Virus record (IMG/VR): IMGVR_UViG_3300047539_000078
Span: 78,019 to 142,018 of that record
Length of the DNA stretch: 64,000 nucleotides
Reading direction: 5' to 3' (one strand)
Source: a virus
Lineage: Duplodnaviria; Caudoviricetes
A program made the position numbers and the translations under genes. Under the pieces are notes generated by a model, which did not search any database, was not told the origin of the DNA, and worked only from the letters and a program-made list of their open reading frames with translations. Of this stretch, positions 1 to 11,242 are shown piece after piece. How positions within the stretch are numbered: position 1 is the first letter of the stretch; each line of letters begins with the position of its first letter.

Positions 1-10
1 CGTTCCATAA

Positions 11-588
11 GTGACCATGTCACTTAACGGCTTTCAACCAGATGCAGCACTGCACACCGCCTTTTGGCGCAACCAAGAGAAAGACTTCCTCGGTCGCGTG
101 ACGAACGAAGTGTACGTCAACTTCGGCGATGTCAAGTGGTTCAAGACGAACCGTGCGGTGAATCCGTCCGTCGGAGGTGCGCAAAACCAAGTCCTCATCT
201 GGTACAATCCGAAGGAACAGAACCCCGATCCTGACCAGAAGCTCATCGGTCCCCCAGCCACGGCGCTCCTCACCGGCCTCGACTCTATCTGGAGCGGAAT
301 AGGCGGTACGCCGGGGTTCCAGCCGGATTCATCCATAGATTCAGGTTTCTGGCGCTGGCAGTACACGAATACGCATCGGGGCAGATCACCAACGAGACCT
401 ACTTGAACATGACGCTCGTGAAGTACATGAAGACCTCCCGCGTGTATTCCCCCGTGACCGGCGGGCAGACCGACATCGTGTCCCTGTGGTTCAACGTCCT
501 GACCCAGGACCGCAACCCCGACCTCGTCCTCGACAACGGTCCAAGTGCTGCGCTTCTCGCCCTCCTTCGACGGCATCTGGCTATTTAG
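11..588 (+). CDS. Hypothetical (probably virion) protein with two tandem internal repeats; split by a frameshift near 375
   Basis: ORFs 11-406 and 403-588 join. Repeat 1: GFQPD..FWR..TNEVYVN..K..KT.R..P..GG..V..W.N..PD..ALL; repeat 2: GFQPD..FWR..TNETYLN..KYMKTSR..PVTGG..V..WFN..PD..ALL. Confidence 0.6.
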
Positions 589-595
589 TAGGAAC

Positions 596-620
596 CGACT
601 TCCGCCCGCTTTAGAGAGGG
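596..620 (+). promoter_or_regulatory. Candidate phage late-promoter motif (GACTT-N7-C-WTWA-NW-GA)
   Basis: cgacttccgcccgctttagagaggg; similar elements at 27989-27965(-) and 35271-35295(+), all upstream of putative virion genes. Confidence 0.35.
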
Positions 621-655
621 ATTTTCTTCCCCAATTATCATTCTAAAGGATTTCC

Positions 656-1794
656 ATGGCGGACTTGACACCATCCAACCCACAACCGCCTCCAATCTCA
701 TTGACGCAGCTCCGCGTGCTCGCCCAACGCCGCCAGTACGGCGCTGGGTCCGTAATCTACACCCCCGCGCTCATCTACGTGGAGGACGCTGCGGGAAGCC
801 CACCGGCCCCGTACACCATCGTGATGACCGGCCAGGACGGCCTCATCAGTCCGACGCTGCTGCCCCCGTACACGCCGGGTTCCACGGTCCTGCTGGAGAC
901 GAACAGCACACCGAACACGCTATCCAAGACTATCCTGAACCTCAAGCAAGGCCCGAACATCGCCCTGGTGGCCGATGCCTTCGGCGGCGTGACGATTCAG
1001 CGCTTCCGGTACGATTTCTCACCAGCTTCACCCACATCACACCGGCGACAACACCACCGCTGACTATGACCGTGGACACCGGGGCGACCCTGTCCTATGC
1101 CAACAACGGCGTCGTCAATGCTAATGAAATCGGCAGCATCAACGTAAACGGCAATCTACCTACTCACGCCGGTGAGATTCTAATCTCCCAACCGGGCAAC
1201 GAGACCGCCGTGTGGGCGGACCCATTGGTTCAGGGCATCCAAGCCGACGGCACTACAGCATCTACAATCAACCCCGTGCTCATATCGGGGCGGGGACCGG
1301 ACGGCAACCAGCACGACATCGCCACGGACGACAGCGGCAACATCATCTTTCCGGGTTTCATATCGGTCAACAATTTTCCGACCGTCCTGTATGGGTCGCC
1401 TGCCCAAGAAGCGTTGAATTGCTACGTCGTGAACGAAATAGCCTTCGCGGGCAGCGTGGAAGTCACAAACTTCCCGTCGGTCCAGGTCGTTTCCGGCACC
1501 GTCGCCGTCGCGCCACTTTCCGCCGTAGGCGAACCACCCGCAAGCGCATCAGTAGGCATGTCGTCAGCGATGATACTGGCGTCCAATCCGTTGAGAAAGG
1601 GATGCTCTATCCAAAACACGGGCTCGGATGTGATTTCGCTCGCGTTTGGTGCCAGCGCAGCCGTGCTCTATTCGGGCACGGTTCTTTATCCGGGGTCCAC
1701 TTTCTACATGGATTCCCAAGACTTTACGACGCAACAGATAAACGCTATAGCATCCGATAGTAGCGGCAGCGTGAGCATCCAGGAGTACGAGTAA
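656..1794 (+). CDS. Virion fibre/appendage-like protein (frameshifted ~1000-1065)
   Basis: ORFs 656-1063 and 1066-1794; the bridge ..ITTGDNTTA.MTV matches ITTGINTSATMTV in 3974-5467; S/T/G/V-rich; shares the ILISQPGN..WADP.VQG module with 5477-7429. Confidence 0.6.
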
Positions 1795-1796
1795 AA

Positions 1797-3972
1797 ATGC
1801 CAGTTCTCACACCAGCACAGATAAACATCTATTCGGTGACAAGCACGAACAGCCCGTGGGGCACCGCCCCGGTCGGCAACCCGTCCGTGCTGGATGTCAA
1901 CGCCTGCCTGTTTGCGGGGAATATTCCGCTCTCGACGACCATCGTCGGATCACCAGCCGCAGAGGGCTTGAACGTCTACGTTCTGAATCCGCTCTCCGTA
2001 GCATTCCCATCAAACCTGCCCGTCACGCAGGACACTTCCCCGTGGGTGGTGAGCGGCACGGTCGCATTCAGCAACACAAGCATCCAGGTATCCAACTTCC
2101 CCGCGACGCAGGCTGTGACCCAATCCGGTGTGTGGAACATCACAAGCATCGCCAATCCGGTAGCGGTCACGGGCACATTCTGGCAGGCCACCCAGCCGGT
2201 GAGCGGATCGGTTTCCGTCTCAAACTTCCCAGCCGCCGTACCCTTCACCTTCACGAATTACGGCTCCCCCGCCGTCGAGGCTGCGAACGTATACGTGGTG
2301 AATCCCCTCTCCGTGACCTTCACGGAATCGACCATAGGCGTGACGCAGAACACATCGCCTTGGGTAGTGAGCGGCACCGTCTCAGTTTCCAACTTCCCGG
2401 CATCCCAGGCAGTCACGGGAACCTTCTGGCAAGCCGTCCAGCCGGTGAGCTTCACGACGCCATTCAGCATTGACTTGAACGACGGTTTCGGCAATGCCAT
2501 CAATTCCTCATCCTACGGTTCCCCGGCAGTCAATGCCCTGGACGTATACGTGGTCAACTCCACGTCGAGCAGCGTGACGCAGGGGACTTCCCCGTGGATC
2601 ACCGCCGACGAGCACATCACCAAGAATTTGAACCAGGATTCCGGCGGAAATGTGGGCGTGAACATCGAGAACACCGTCCCCGTCAGCAATGCTGCGTTGT
2701 CGGAGATGATGTTCACGTCTTACGGAAGCCCGCCATGCACCGCATTGAGCGTCTACGTCGTCAACCCGCTCACCGTCACATTCACGGAATCGACCATAGG
2801 CGTAACGCAATCAACAAGTCCTTGGGTGGTTAGCGGGTCCGTTTCCGTCTCGAACTTCCCGGCGACTCAGCCGGTGAGCAACGCAACCCTTTCCGAGATG
2901 TCCTTCACCAACTATGGCGGCAGCAGCCCCGCCGTGGAAGGGCTCAACGTATACGTTTTGAACCCGGTTTCGACCACCGCCGCAACGACTTCGGCCACCG
3001 TCCGCCGCGTGGACGAGCGCGACATCGGTCAACACCGCGCTTCAAGTCAATACCGCCGGGTATTCGACCGTCGTCTTCACGTTAAATCAGGGCTCGACCA
3101 TCACGGGCGGTATCGTCACGTTCGAGGCGTCCGACACGACCGCGTTCACGAATGCCTATCCGATAGTAGCGCAACCGGCGAACACCACTGGGAGTGCGCC
3201 CGTTACCACCTACACCTTTATTGCGAGCACGAACGCATCCTACACCGTCAACTGCGCGGGTCGCGCCGCCGTCCGCGTCCGATTGAGCACCGGCATACTC
3301 GGCACCGGTACGGTGAACGTGGGCGCGACAGCAAGCGCTGGTTCAACGTTCCCTCTCAATGTGGGCGTCACCACCACCGTGAATTGCAACCTGGTGAACC
3401 TGCACACCACCAACGCCGCCGCCGCCGCAGCGACCAGCCTGCTCGGAGTCATGCCCGCCGTGGCGAACGCCGTCGCCCCGGCATACACGGAAACATACAA
3501 CGTCCTGCTGTCCACGGACCTGAGCGGCAACCTGCGGACGATAGACGGACGGGAGACGTTCACGAACTACGGAAGCCCTCCGGTCGAGGCGCTGAACACG
3601 TACGTGGTCAACCCGCTCACCGTGACTTTCACGGAATCGACCCTCGCCGTAACCAACGCGGGAACATTCCCCGTGCAGGCGCAGGATGTATCACCCGCCA
3701 ACGCGAGTACGTCTCAGGTTTCCATTACTTCGACTGCTACCGCAATCGTCGTCGCGAGAGCCACGAGAAATTCCGTGAAGATCACCAACATGGGCACGAC
3801 GCCTATCTATCTCGGATTCACGAGCGGCGTCACGGTATCGACGGGAGACTTCCTCCCGGGCATCTTGGGGGCGTTCGTCGTCTACCCTACGCAGACGGGC
3901 GTGTGGGGCATCGTAGCCACGGGTTCATCCCCGCCTTCGGAAGTCGTCGCCGTAGCGGACGTTTGGAACTGA
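1797..3972 (+). CDS. Repetitive virion fibre-like protein (one frameshift at ~3000)
   Basis: Repeats VSNFPATQ, TSPWVVSG, YGSPxxEALNVYVVNPL; the frame opening at 3001 is the same frame as ORF 3283-3972. Confidence 0.7.
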
Positions 3973-3973
3973 T

Positions 3974-5467
3974 ATGATAAACGCAGGGTATCCCGCAGCG
4001 GCGGGCGGCGGATCATCGTTCTCCATCACGGGCGGGGCACCCGTAGCCAACGAATGGGTGGTTTCCATCACGGCGGCAGGCGTAGTGTCCCTGTCCCAGC
4101 CTGCGGCAGCCAACCTATCCGACGGAACCACTGGAACGGGCGCAATCGTCCTCGCAGACTCGCCGACCTTCACGTCGGGAATCACCGCTAACGGATTCCT
4201 CACCTCCGTCATAAGTGGGCAGGGGATGATCACATTCTATCCGAACGGCGGCGGCAACTTCATTGAGTCCACGACCTCGGACGGTAGCTCAAGCCAGTCC
4301 CTAACAATCTCTGGGCCGCTCGAAAGCAATATGACGGACTTGTTTTTGTATGCTACTACCATCTTTGTCCCCACAGGCTCAATCTCCGTGGGTGGTATCG
4401 GCATTGCTTGCAACGCATTGTACGCACTCACGATAAACCCGAACGGCTCCTTGACAATTACGGGCAATCCCGCCTTCACGGGAACGCCGACATTCTCTAA
4501 CCCAGTGGCGTTGGGAAGCTCCACGGCAACGACACAGAGCCCCGGAACGGACAATACCACAATTGCGACGACACAGTTCGTGACGACGGCAGTTGCCGGA
4601 GGCGGAGGAGGCGGAGCCTTCTCGGCAATCACGACGGGAATCAATACCTCCGCCACGATGACGGTTGGACCCGGCTCTACACTCACATTCAGCGGGGCTG
4701 GCTCGCCTCCGTACGAAGGGGAAATCAACGCCAACTTCCTGTACGGGGTCCAAATCGAACCGTATGCCCCTACCGTCGGGCAGGTGCTGACCGCCATCAG
4801 CACGACGGCGGCGCAATGGCAATCGCTGCCAGCAAGCTCGGTAATATCGGTATTCGGTCGCACGGGTGCGGTCATCGCGGTCAGCGGGGACTACACCGTG
4901 GCGCAGGTTACGGGAGCCGCAGCGCTCGCTGGTCCGACATTCACGGGAACGGTGACGATACCGACGCTTTCTGTGACGACCGTCACGGGCAACCCGTCCT
5001 TCACCGGGACGCCGACATTCAGCAACGCCTTAGCTTTGGGAAGCTCCACGGCTACGACCCAGAGCCCGGGAACGAGCAACACCACAATCGCGACGACACA
5101 GTTCGTCAATGCAGCCGTGGCCGCCGGTGGAGGTGGCGGAGGTGGCGGCTCCTGCAACGTTATTAGCGGCACGGGGATAGTGGTGTCTTCGGCGCTGGCG
5201 GGAAGCCCCGCCGTGGAAACATTCACGGTGAGTTTGGCTGTGGCAGCCATCCACAAGTACGCCGCGTCGATCGGCAACGGTTCAGACACGTCGTTCTTGG
5301 TCACGCATTCTCTTTCGACTACTGATGTCGTAGTGATGGCGTACAGCCTCAACCCGCCGAACGCCGTGGTGGATGTTGAGATTGAAATCACCGATTCAAA
5401 CGACGTGACGCTGAACTTCGCCACGGCTCCAACGGCGAACAGCGTCCGGGTCATCGTCATAGGATAA
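3974..5467 (+). CDS. Tail fibre/appendage-like protein
   Basis: Duplicated GNPxFTGTPTFSN..LGSSTATTQSPGTxNTTIATTQFV; VISVFGRTGAV fibre motif; C-terminal FLVTHSLST..DVVV..VRVIVIG domain typical of phage fibre proteins. Confidence 0.75.
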   Translation: MINAGYPAAAGGGSSFSITGGAPVANEWVVSITAAGVVSLSQPAAANLSDGTTGTGAIVLADSPTFTSGITANGFLTSVISGQGMITFYPNGGGNFIESTTSDGSSSQSLTISGPLESNMTDLFLYATTIFVPTGSISVGGIGIACNALYALTINPNGSLTITGNPAFTGTPTFSNPVALGSSTATTQSPGTDNTTIATTQFVTTAVAGGGGGGAFSAITTGINTSATMTVGPGSTLTFSGAGSPPYEGEINANFLYGVQIEPYAPTVGQVLTAISTTAAQWQSLPASSVISVFGRTGAVIAVSGDYTVAQVTGAAALAGPTFTGTVTIPTLSVTTVTGNPSFTGTPTFSNALALGSSTATTQSPGTSNTTIATTQFVNAAVAAGGGGGGGGSCNVISGTGIVVSSALAGSPAVETFTVSLAVAAIHKYAASIGNGSDTSFLVTHSLSTTDVVVMAYSLNPPNAVVDVEIEITDSNDVTLNFATAPTANSVRVIVIG

Positions 5468-5476
5468 GGAGATATT

Positions 5477-7429
5477 ATGGGTCAGTTAGCTTCAGACAAC
5501 TTCACACGTGCAAACGAGAACCCGCTGAGCGACGGCGGCAACTGGACAACCTTGCCCGGTTCCAACGCCTTGGAAATCTCATCGGATTTGTGCCAATCCG
5601 CGACGGCGGGAGGCATGGGCATCGGCTCTGCGGCGTATTGGAACGCCATCACTCCGCCGACGGACCAGTATTCATCCATCACCGTGGCGACCATTTCCAA
5701 CCTGAACGGCAACGGGACGGATGCGGCTGCAGTAGTCCGTGCGCAATCAGGAAGCAGTTCAATCTACTATGAAGGCGGCGTGGGTGCGCAGCAGTCCGGC
5801 ACGACCGGTCTCGGCAACTCGTGCTACCTCTGGATCGGCAAAGTCGACGTATCAAGTGAAACGGAACTTGCACAGGCAGTCGCAGTGGCAAACATCGGCG
5901 ATGTGTTCAACCTCACGGTGCACGGACCTACCCTCCTGCTTCGCCAGAACGGCGCGGTCGTTTTGATCGGGGCGGACTCTTCCCTCGTGAACGGATGGTT
6001 TGGCTTGCATTCCAAGTGCGATGCATCCATCACCACATCGCAGATGTCCGCGTGGAGCGCCGGAACACCGGTACTGAACCTCGCCCCGTTTGCGGATACG
6101 TTCGTCCGTGCCAACGGGGCATTGGGTGCCAACTGGCTGAACATCAACGTGGAAGGAACTCTGAGCATCTCAAGCGATGCGGTATACAACCCCGGAGGCG
6201 GCTACGGTGTGGAAGCATCCATCGGAGCCGACTATCTTCCCGACCAGTACGCCCAGACGACGTTGGTAGCCAACCAGGCTGGAAGCTACGCCGGTGTGGC
6301 GGTAAGAATTTCCGGTAATGGAACCGCCGCCCAGTACTCTATCCCGACCGCGAACGCCTCCTACTACACGTGGGTGATCGGCAACTCCAGCTCATACGTG
6401 CTCCAGAAGATCACCTCCGCCACGTCCGGCTCGCAAACATCCACGAACCTTTGGACCGGAAGCGGCACGGTGAGCAACGGCGACACCGTCCGTCTTGAAA
6501 TCCAGGGCAACACGCTGACATGCTATCGCAACGGTGTGGTCGTCACCACGTACACGGATGTATCCTCCCCGCTGGTGGGCGGACATCCGGGAATCGTCGT
6601 CTACAACGGCGGAACCAGCCCCACCGTGAACGCATTCCTTTCCGGGTCGTTCCGATCAATACCCATCCTGTCTTCCGCGACGGTGCAGTCCGGGGCTACA
6701 CTGTCCACCGCTGGCACGGGCGTCATCAACGCGAACCAGTTCGGCGGCATTTCCAGCATGGGCTCCGTGCCCACACACGAGGGGCAGCTTTTGATTTCCC
6801 AGCCGGGAAACTTGACGGCGGCATGGGCTGACCCGCAAGTACAGGGTTTGTATGCGGTGGGGTCGTTTCTCAATTCGCCGCCATCATACGTAGCCCCCAC
6901 CACGATCCAGCCCGTTCTCATTGGCGGTTCCGATTACGCCGGGTCTCCCGCCCTTTGGAATCTCAAGGTTGATTCGGGCGGTAAAATCTATGTCGGAAAT
7001 TTTCCGTCATTCACATTCACCTACGGCGGAAGCCCACCCACAGAAGGTCTGAATGTCTACGTGCTGAACACCACCTCCACCGAGGTTCCCGCCGCATCAG
7101 GCGGTGCCACGCCGAAGGGCTATCACATCGTGAACAACACCGTGCAGGCTATCAAGTCCACGTTCGGGCAGATATACGGCTACTACCTTGACAACACGGC
7201 CAACGCCGCCACGACTTATTTCCAGTTCTTCAACATTGTGGCTGGCTCGGTTTCGCTGGGATCATCGGCAGCCCTGTTCACCATTCCCGTTCCTGCGGGC
7301 TCGGCTGCGAACTTGAGCATCAGCCCCGGCTGGGCATTCACCACGGCGATATCGTTCGCCGCCACGACCACCTACAACGGCAGCACCTTCGCCGCCAATG
7401 CCGTTGACTGCACGATAGCGTTCAACTAA
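5477..7429 (+). CDS. Virion protein with two concanavalin/lectin-like beta-sandwich repeats
   Basis: Repeats start SDNFTRAN / ADTFVRAN and end in L.V.G.TL....NG; C-terminal beta-rich domain. Confidence 0.6.
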   Translation: MGQLASDNFTRANENPLSDGGNWTTLPGSNALEISSDLCQSATAGGMGIGSAAYWNAITPPTDQYSSITVATISNLNGNGTDAAAVVRAQSGSSSIYYEGGVGAQQSGTTGLGNSCYLWIGKVDVSSETELAQAVAVANIGDVFNLTVHGPTLLLRQNGAVVLIGADSSLVNGWFGLHSKCDASITTSQMSAWSAGTPVLNLAPFADTFVRANGALGANWLNINVEGTLSISSDAVYNPGGGYGVEASIGADYLPDQYAQTTLVANQAGSYAGVAVRISGNGTAAQYSIPTANASYYTWVIGNSSSYVLQKITSATSGSQTSTNLWTGSGTVSNGDTVRLEIQGNTLTCYRNGVVVTTYTDVSSPLVGGHPGIVVYNGGTSPTVNAFLSGSFRSIPILSSATVQSGATLSTAGTGVINANQFGGISSMGSVPTHEGQLLISQPGNLTAAWADPQVQGLYAVGSFLNSPPSYVAPTTIQPVLIGGSDYAGSPALWNLKVDSGGKIYVGNFPSFTFTYGGSPPTEGLNVYVLNTTSTEVPAASGGATPKGYHIVNNTVQAIKSTFGQIYGYYLDNTANAATTYFQFFNIVAGSVSLGSSAALFTIPVPAGSAANLSISPGWAFTTAISFAATTTYNGSTFAANAVDCTIAFN

Positions 7430-7430
7430 C

Positions 7431-8860
7431 ATGCCGACCCTAACCTATGTAGGCGGTACATCCGTCCAGCTTTCTGGCAGCGGCGGACCTCCTTATATCA
7501 CCAACATCACCTATAGCCCCACGCCAGGAAACCTCGTCGTCGTGGATGTCTACAACTTTGATTATGGCGACGGCGTCACGATTGACATTGGGGATAATGG
7601 CAGTGGTCAGTGGGGGACGGCGTTCTGCATCATTGACGGCGTGATTTCCGGAGACACTGGATCATTCACGAATGCGGGCACGGTCTATACGTTCTACCAA
7701 CTCGCCGCAGCCTCAGACATCACAACGATTACGCTAACGGTCAATGGAAACGTGACCGGAGCCGCGATCATCTCCGAATACAACACTACCAGCGGCTACT
7801 GGAACTTTGATCTTGCTTCTCGTACTACGCTGGCCGGGGGCGGTCTCACAACCATCGCCAATGCCATCGCAACATTCGCTACCAACCTGGTCGTATTCAC
7901 GGTTTCGTCTGGCAGACTACCAGCGATGCCTACACCTTCACTGGTGGAGACGCGGCTCGACAATCACCACTAACCAGCCACTGACGGGCGGTGCGTGCGT
8001 TCCTGACCACCACGGTAGCAAGCGGTCACCATGATCGAAACATCCGCCGCCTCTTACTCCCCTGAGGCAATCGACAGTGTCGTCAAGCTGTACGACCTTG
8101 GGATCTATTCTCGTTTCACGTTCTCCGTGACATCCAATGCTCCTGTAAACCCCCTCACCCTGATACCGAACACGAACCTTGTAGGCTGGTACCGTGCTGA
8201 CTTGGGGGCGAACAACGATGGTGAAAACGGGGTTCGTGTCTTAGTGGACTGGTCGGGGACAGGGGAACCTGGCAACCATACCGGGGGTAATGAAATCGGC
8301 CTCAGAGCAACGCTATCAACGGGCTTCCGGCTTTATACTTGAGTATGTCGACCTTTGGTTCAACAACCCGTTTCCGCTGACATCGAATTGCAGCGTGTTC
8401 ATCGTGTTCCAGTTGTCCAATACATCAAGTGCGCACTCGTTCTTCGCCGGTGAGGGCGGCAGCTTGAACTACTGGTTCTGCAAGGACAGCGGCCCCCGCT
8501 TCAGGGAGCCGACAGCACTATGAGGTGCGGATTTGGGTGCGGGCACCGCATTGGCAGACACACTCTGGCACCAGACGAACATGACGTATGACGGAATAAA
8601 TTTATTTCCGTAAAGACCAGGCTGCCGATGGAAACCACTCCCCAGGATACGGTCTTTCGAGTCCCGTACTACAGATGGGCGGCAACTACGGCGGCGGCGA
8701 AGAGACTGAGAACTTCGAGGGTTATGTTGCCGAAGTCATCGTCTACAACGCCGTGCTTTCGAGCACGAACATCGGTCTCGTCGAGACATACCTGCAACGG
8801 AAATACTTCCCTGCGCCGATCACGATCCGTCTCTTAGGTTTACTTGGGGTAGGAATGTAG
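7431..8860 (+). CDS. Virion protein with C-terminal LamG-like domain (several frameshifts)
   Basis: Fragments 7431-7973, 8031-8342, 8290-8523 and 8675-8860; LVGWYRADLG ... FEGYVAEVIVYNAVLS...VETYLQRKY is a LamG-like signature. Confidence 0.55.
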
Positions 8861-8871
8861 TATTATGGGGT

Positions 8872-9181
8872 ATGCCCGACACCCCATTGATGGCCACGCT
8901 TCTGATCATCGCCCGCGCCGTCGATGCGGAGTCCAAGAAGCATCCCGCCGCGCGGTACCTGCTATTTCATGGCCTGCCAGAACGCCATTCTGGACATTCA
9001 TCCGCCAGCCGCCGTGTGGATGTGGCAGGTCGTGAAGTGGCAGTCCCGCATCGAGCAGCACATCCAGGATTGCACCGCCTGCTGCCTCGGTCTTAATCCG
9101 CTTGACTGTCCCACGGCGATTCTGCTACAATCAATGTTGGTAAAGCATGAGAAGCGTTTGCTGGAGTCCGAGACTTGTTAG
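8872..9181 (+). CDS. Small Cys-rich hypothetical protein (frameshifted), leaderless start
   Basis: TATTAT at 8861-8866, ATG at 8872; ORFs 8872-9096 and 8924-9181 join; HxxxCxxC..C. Confidence 0.5.
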
Positions 9182-9456
9182 AACAATACGTTTACCCAGT
9201 CACAATCGTCCTTGACCGGTATCAAGGCGTCTATTCTGGGGCACCGTGGACGGCTTGGAACGAGTACGCCGATGGCGTTCCAGACGCCATCGATGCGGAT
9301 GATTGCTCTTGCGCGGAGTTTTGGGCGCGGGATGAGCACGGGCCGGTGGGACGCGGACTAACCCCGGACAGTGCGCTAGCAGATTTGTATTGGCAACTGA
9401 ATGAATTGAAGGACGATCAAGATGGAACCCCTTTACGAGATAATCCAAGCCGGTAG
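9175..9456 (+). CDS. Hypothetical phage protein
   Basis: 93-aa ORF coupled to its neighbours; DRYQGVYSG..W..W, VGRG.TP motifs. Confidence 0.55.
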   Translation: MLEQYVYPVTIVLDRYQGVYSGAPWTAWNEYADGVPDAIDADDCSCAEFWARDEHGPVGRGLTPDSALADLYWQLNELKDDQDGTPLRDNPSR

Positions 9457-10693
9457 CGGACGCCATATCAAGGCGTGGAAGAAGGGCGTGAACTTTGAGC
9501 AGGAAGCCATCCAACAGCTCATTGCCGCCGCCCAGCTTTCAGTCGTTCACCCGTATGTCGCCGCAATGCCGGATTGCCACAAAGGCTACGGCAGTACAGT
9601 CGGTTCCGTCATCCCGACGAAGGACGCTATAATTCCAGCCGCGATAGGCGTTGACATCGGATGTGGGATGTGCTATGTCCAGACTGATTTCGACCGCGAC
9701 GACCTGCCGTCGGACCTCTCCGAAATGCGCCCCGCGCTGGAAAAGGCGATCCCCAACGGGGGACCAGGCGAGCTGGGTGCATGGCCCGTCAACGTCCCTT
9801 CGCATATCCACACGGCATGGATGGATGACTTCGATTCGGAGTACGACGCCATCGGGAGCAAGTATCCCGACGTTATTTCCCCGTTCGCCCAGCGCCAGCT
9901 CGGCACCTTGGGGACTGGCAACCACTTCGTGGAACTCACGATTGAAAGCATCGGAAACAAGGTCGGGGTCTTGATCCACTCCGGCTCGCGGGGACTGGGC
10001 AACAAGATCGGCACCTACTTCACCGCGTTCGCTCGCCACTATTGCGAGGCGAACCACATAGGCTTGCCCGACCGCGACCTGGCGTACCTGCCACGGGGCG
10101 TAGAAGGTTTTGATGACTATCTGGCCGCCGTACGCTTTGCGCAGCGGTACGCAATGGCGAGCCGCACGATCATGGCGCGAGCGGCCTGCAATGTCCTCAT
10201 GACTTTCACCGGGTACCGCAGTATCGTGTCTTCGATCCCCACGGTGCATTGCCACCACAACTACATGGTGGAAGAGGTCCACAACGGGGAGAAGCTATTC
10301 ATCACCCGCAAGGGTGCCGTCCGTGCGCAGGCGGGAGATTTGGGGATCATCCCGGGTTCCATGGGAGTCAAGACCTTCATCGTCGAGGGGTTGGGTTCCG
10401 AGGACAGCTTCACATCGTGCAGCCACGGCGCGGGCCGCACCATGTCCCGCACGGCTGCCAAGAAGGCTTTCACCGTCGAAGACCATGTTTTGGCAACTGA
10501 AGGTGTGGAGTGCGACAAGACCGAGGACACCCTTGATGAAACGCCGGGAGCCTACAAGAACATCGACGACGTGATGGCGGCGCAGAGTGACCTCGTGCGC
10601 CCGCTTTACACCCTAAAGCAGTTCCTATGCGTCAAGGGGAAGAGCGAGGGGAAGCGCTGGGAGAAGAAAAAGAAGAAGGTGGCCGAGGCATGA
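9422..10693 (+). CDS. rtcB: RtcB 3'-phosphate/5'-OH RNA ligase
   Basis: MPDCHxGYG, GVDIGCGM, LGTLGTGNHFVE, IHSGSRG, HHNY, RKGA, PGSMG, SHGAGR, DETPGAYK motifs. Confidence 0.97.
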   Translation: MEPLYEIIQAGSGRHIKAWKKGVNFEQEAIQQLIAAAQLSVVHPYVAAMPDCHKGYGSTVGSVIPTKDAIIPAAIGVDIGCGMCYVQTDFDRDDLPSDLSEMRPALEKAIPNGGPGELGAWPVNVPSHIHTAWMDDFDSEYDAIGSKYPDVISPFAQRQLGTLGTGNHFVELTIESIGNKVGVLIHSGSRGLGNKIGTYFTAFARHYCEANHIGLPDRDLAYLPRGVEGFDDYLAAVRFAQRYAMASRTIMARAACNVLMTFTGYRSIVSSIPTVHCHHNYMVEEVHNGEKLFITRKGAVRAQAGDLGIIPGSMGVKTFIVEGLGSEDSFTSCSHGAGRTMSRTAAKKAFTVEDHVLATEGVECDKTEDTLDETPGAYKNIDDVMAAQSDLVRPLYTLKQFLCVKGKSEGKRWEKKKKKVAEA

Positions 10694-10953
10694 CGCCCGA
10701 AGAACTCAACCAGATAGGTATAGCTATATTCGGAGCCATAAAATGCTCATTCCCGGAGCATATGGTGCCGCTGCAGCAGGTCTTCAACGTCCTGAATACG
10801 CACTGCGGCGATGCGAGAATAAGCATTAAGAAGTGCAACGAGATGGGTTATATACAATACGAGTTTTACCGGGCGCTTGACGAGTCGTTAGTTGATGAAA
10901 ACCCGGCGCTAGATGAAAAACCCGCTTTAGAGGAGAAGACCGGATATGGATAA
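10690..10953 (+). CDS. Hypothetical protein
   Basis: ATG overlaps the rtcB stop. Confidence 0.5.
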   Translation: MTPEELNQIGIAIFGAIKCSFPEHMVPLQQVFNVLNTHCGDARISIKKCNEMGYIQYEFYRALDESLVDENPALDEKPALEEKTGYG

Positions 10954-11242
10954 GATGGACATACTTTTGCATTTCTACGCCGATTTCTTCATCGAGAAGG
11001 GCATCATCCCCAAGAAGGGCGGCGTCGCCAACGAGCACATCGCCTGGATGATCAACGAGTGCATCAGCATGCTCTCCAACCCCGGCGACACCGAGTACAA
11101 CTCCATGTACATGAAGATCAACCGCTGGGTCGGATTTGTGCAGGGGGTCCTTTGGAAAGAGGGACTCTTCACCATCGACCAGATGCGCGAGCATGTCGCC
11201 CTTGCGCATGCCGTCGAAACGGGGATGCGACAGTCCGTATGA
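10946..11242 (+). CDS. Hypothetical phage protein
   Basis: GGAG RBS; HIAWM..K.NRWVGFVQGVL motif. Confidence 0.65.
   Translation: MDKMDILLHFYADFFIEKGIIPKKGGVANEHIAWMINECISMLSNPGDTEYNSMYMKINRWVGFVQGVLWKEGLFTIDQMREHVALAHAVETGMRQSV

Noticed and set aside
3001-3977. Arg/His-rich C-terminus of the 726-aa ORF
   Set aside because: Out-of-frame read-through after the indel at ~3000
1797-5200. Repeats as a CRISPR array or DGR template/variable pair
   Set aside because: Coding repeats with synonymous-type differences; no regular spacers, no adenine-specific mismatch pattern noticed, and no reverse transcriptase in the window
10893-10935. cccgctttagag shared with the 596 motif; DENPAL/DEKPAL tandem
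   Set aside because: Lies in a short coding tandem repeat and lacks the upstream GACTT; probably coincidental
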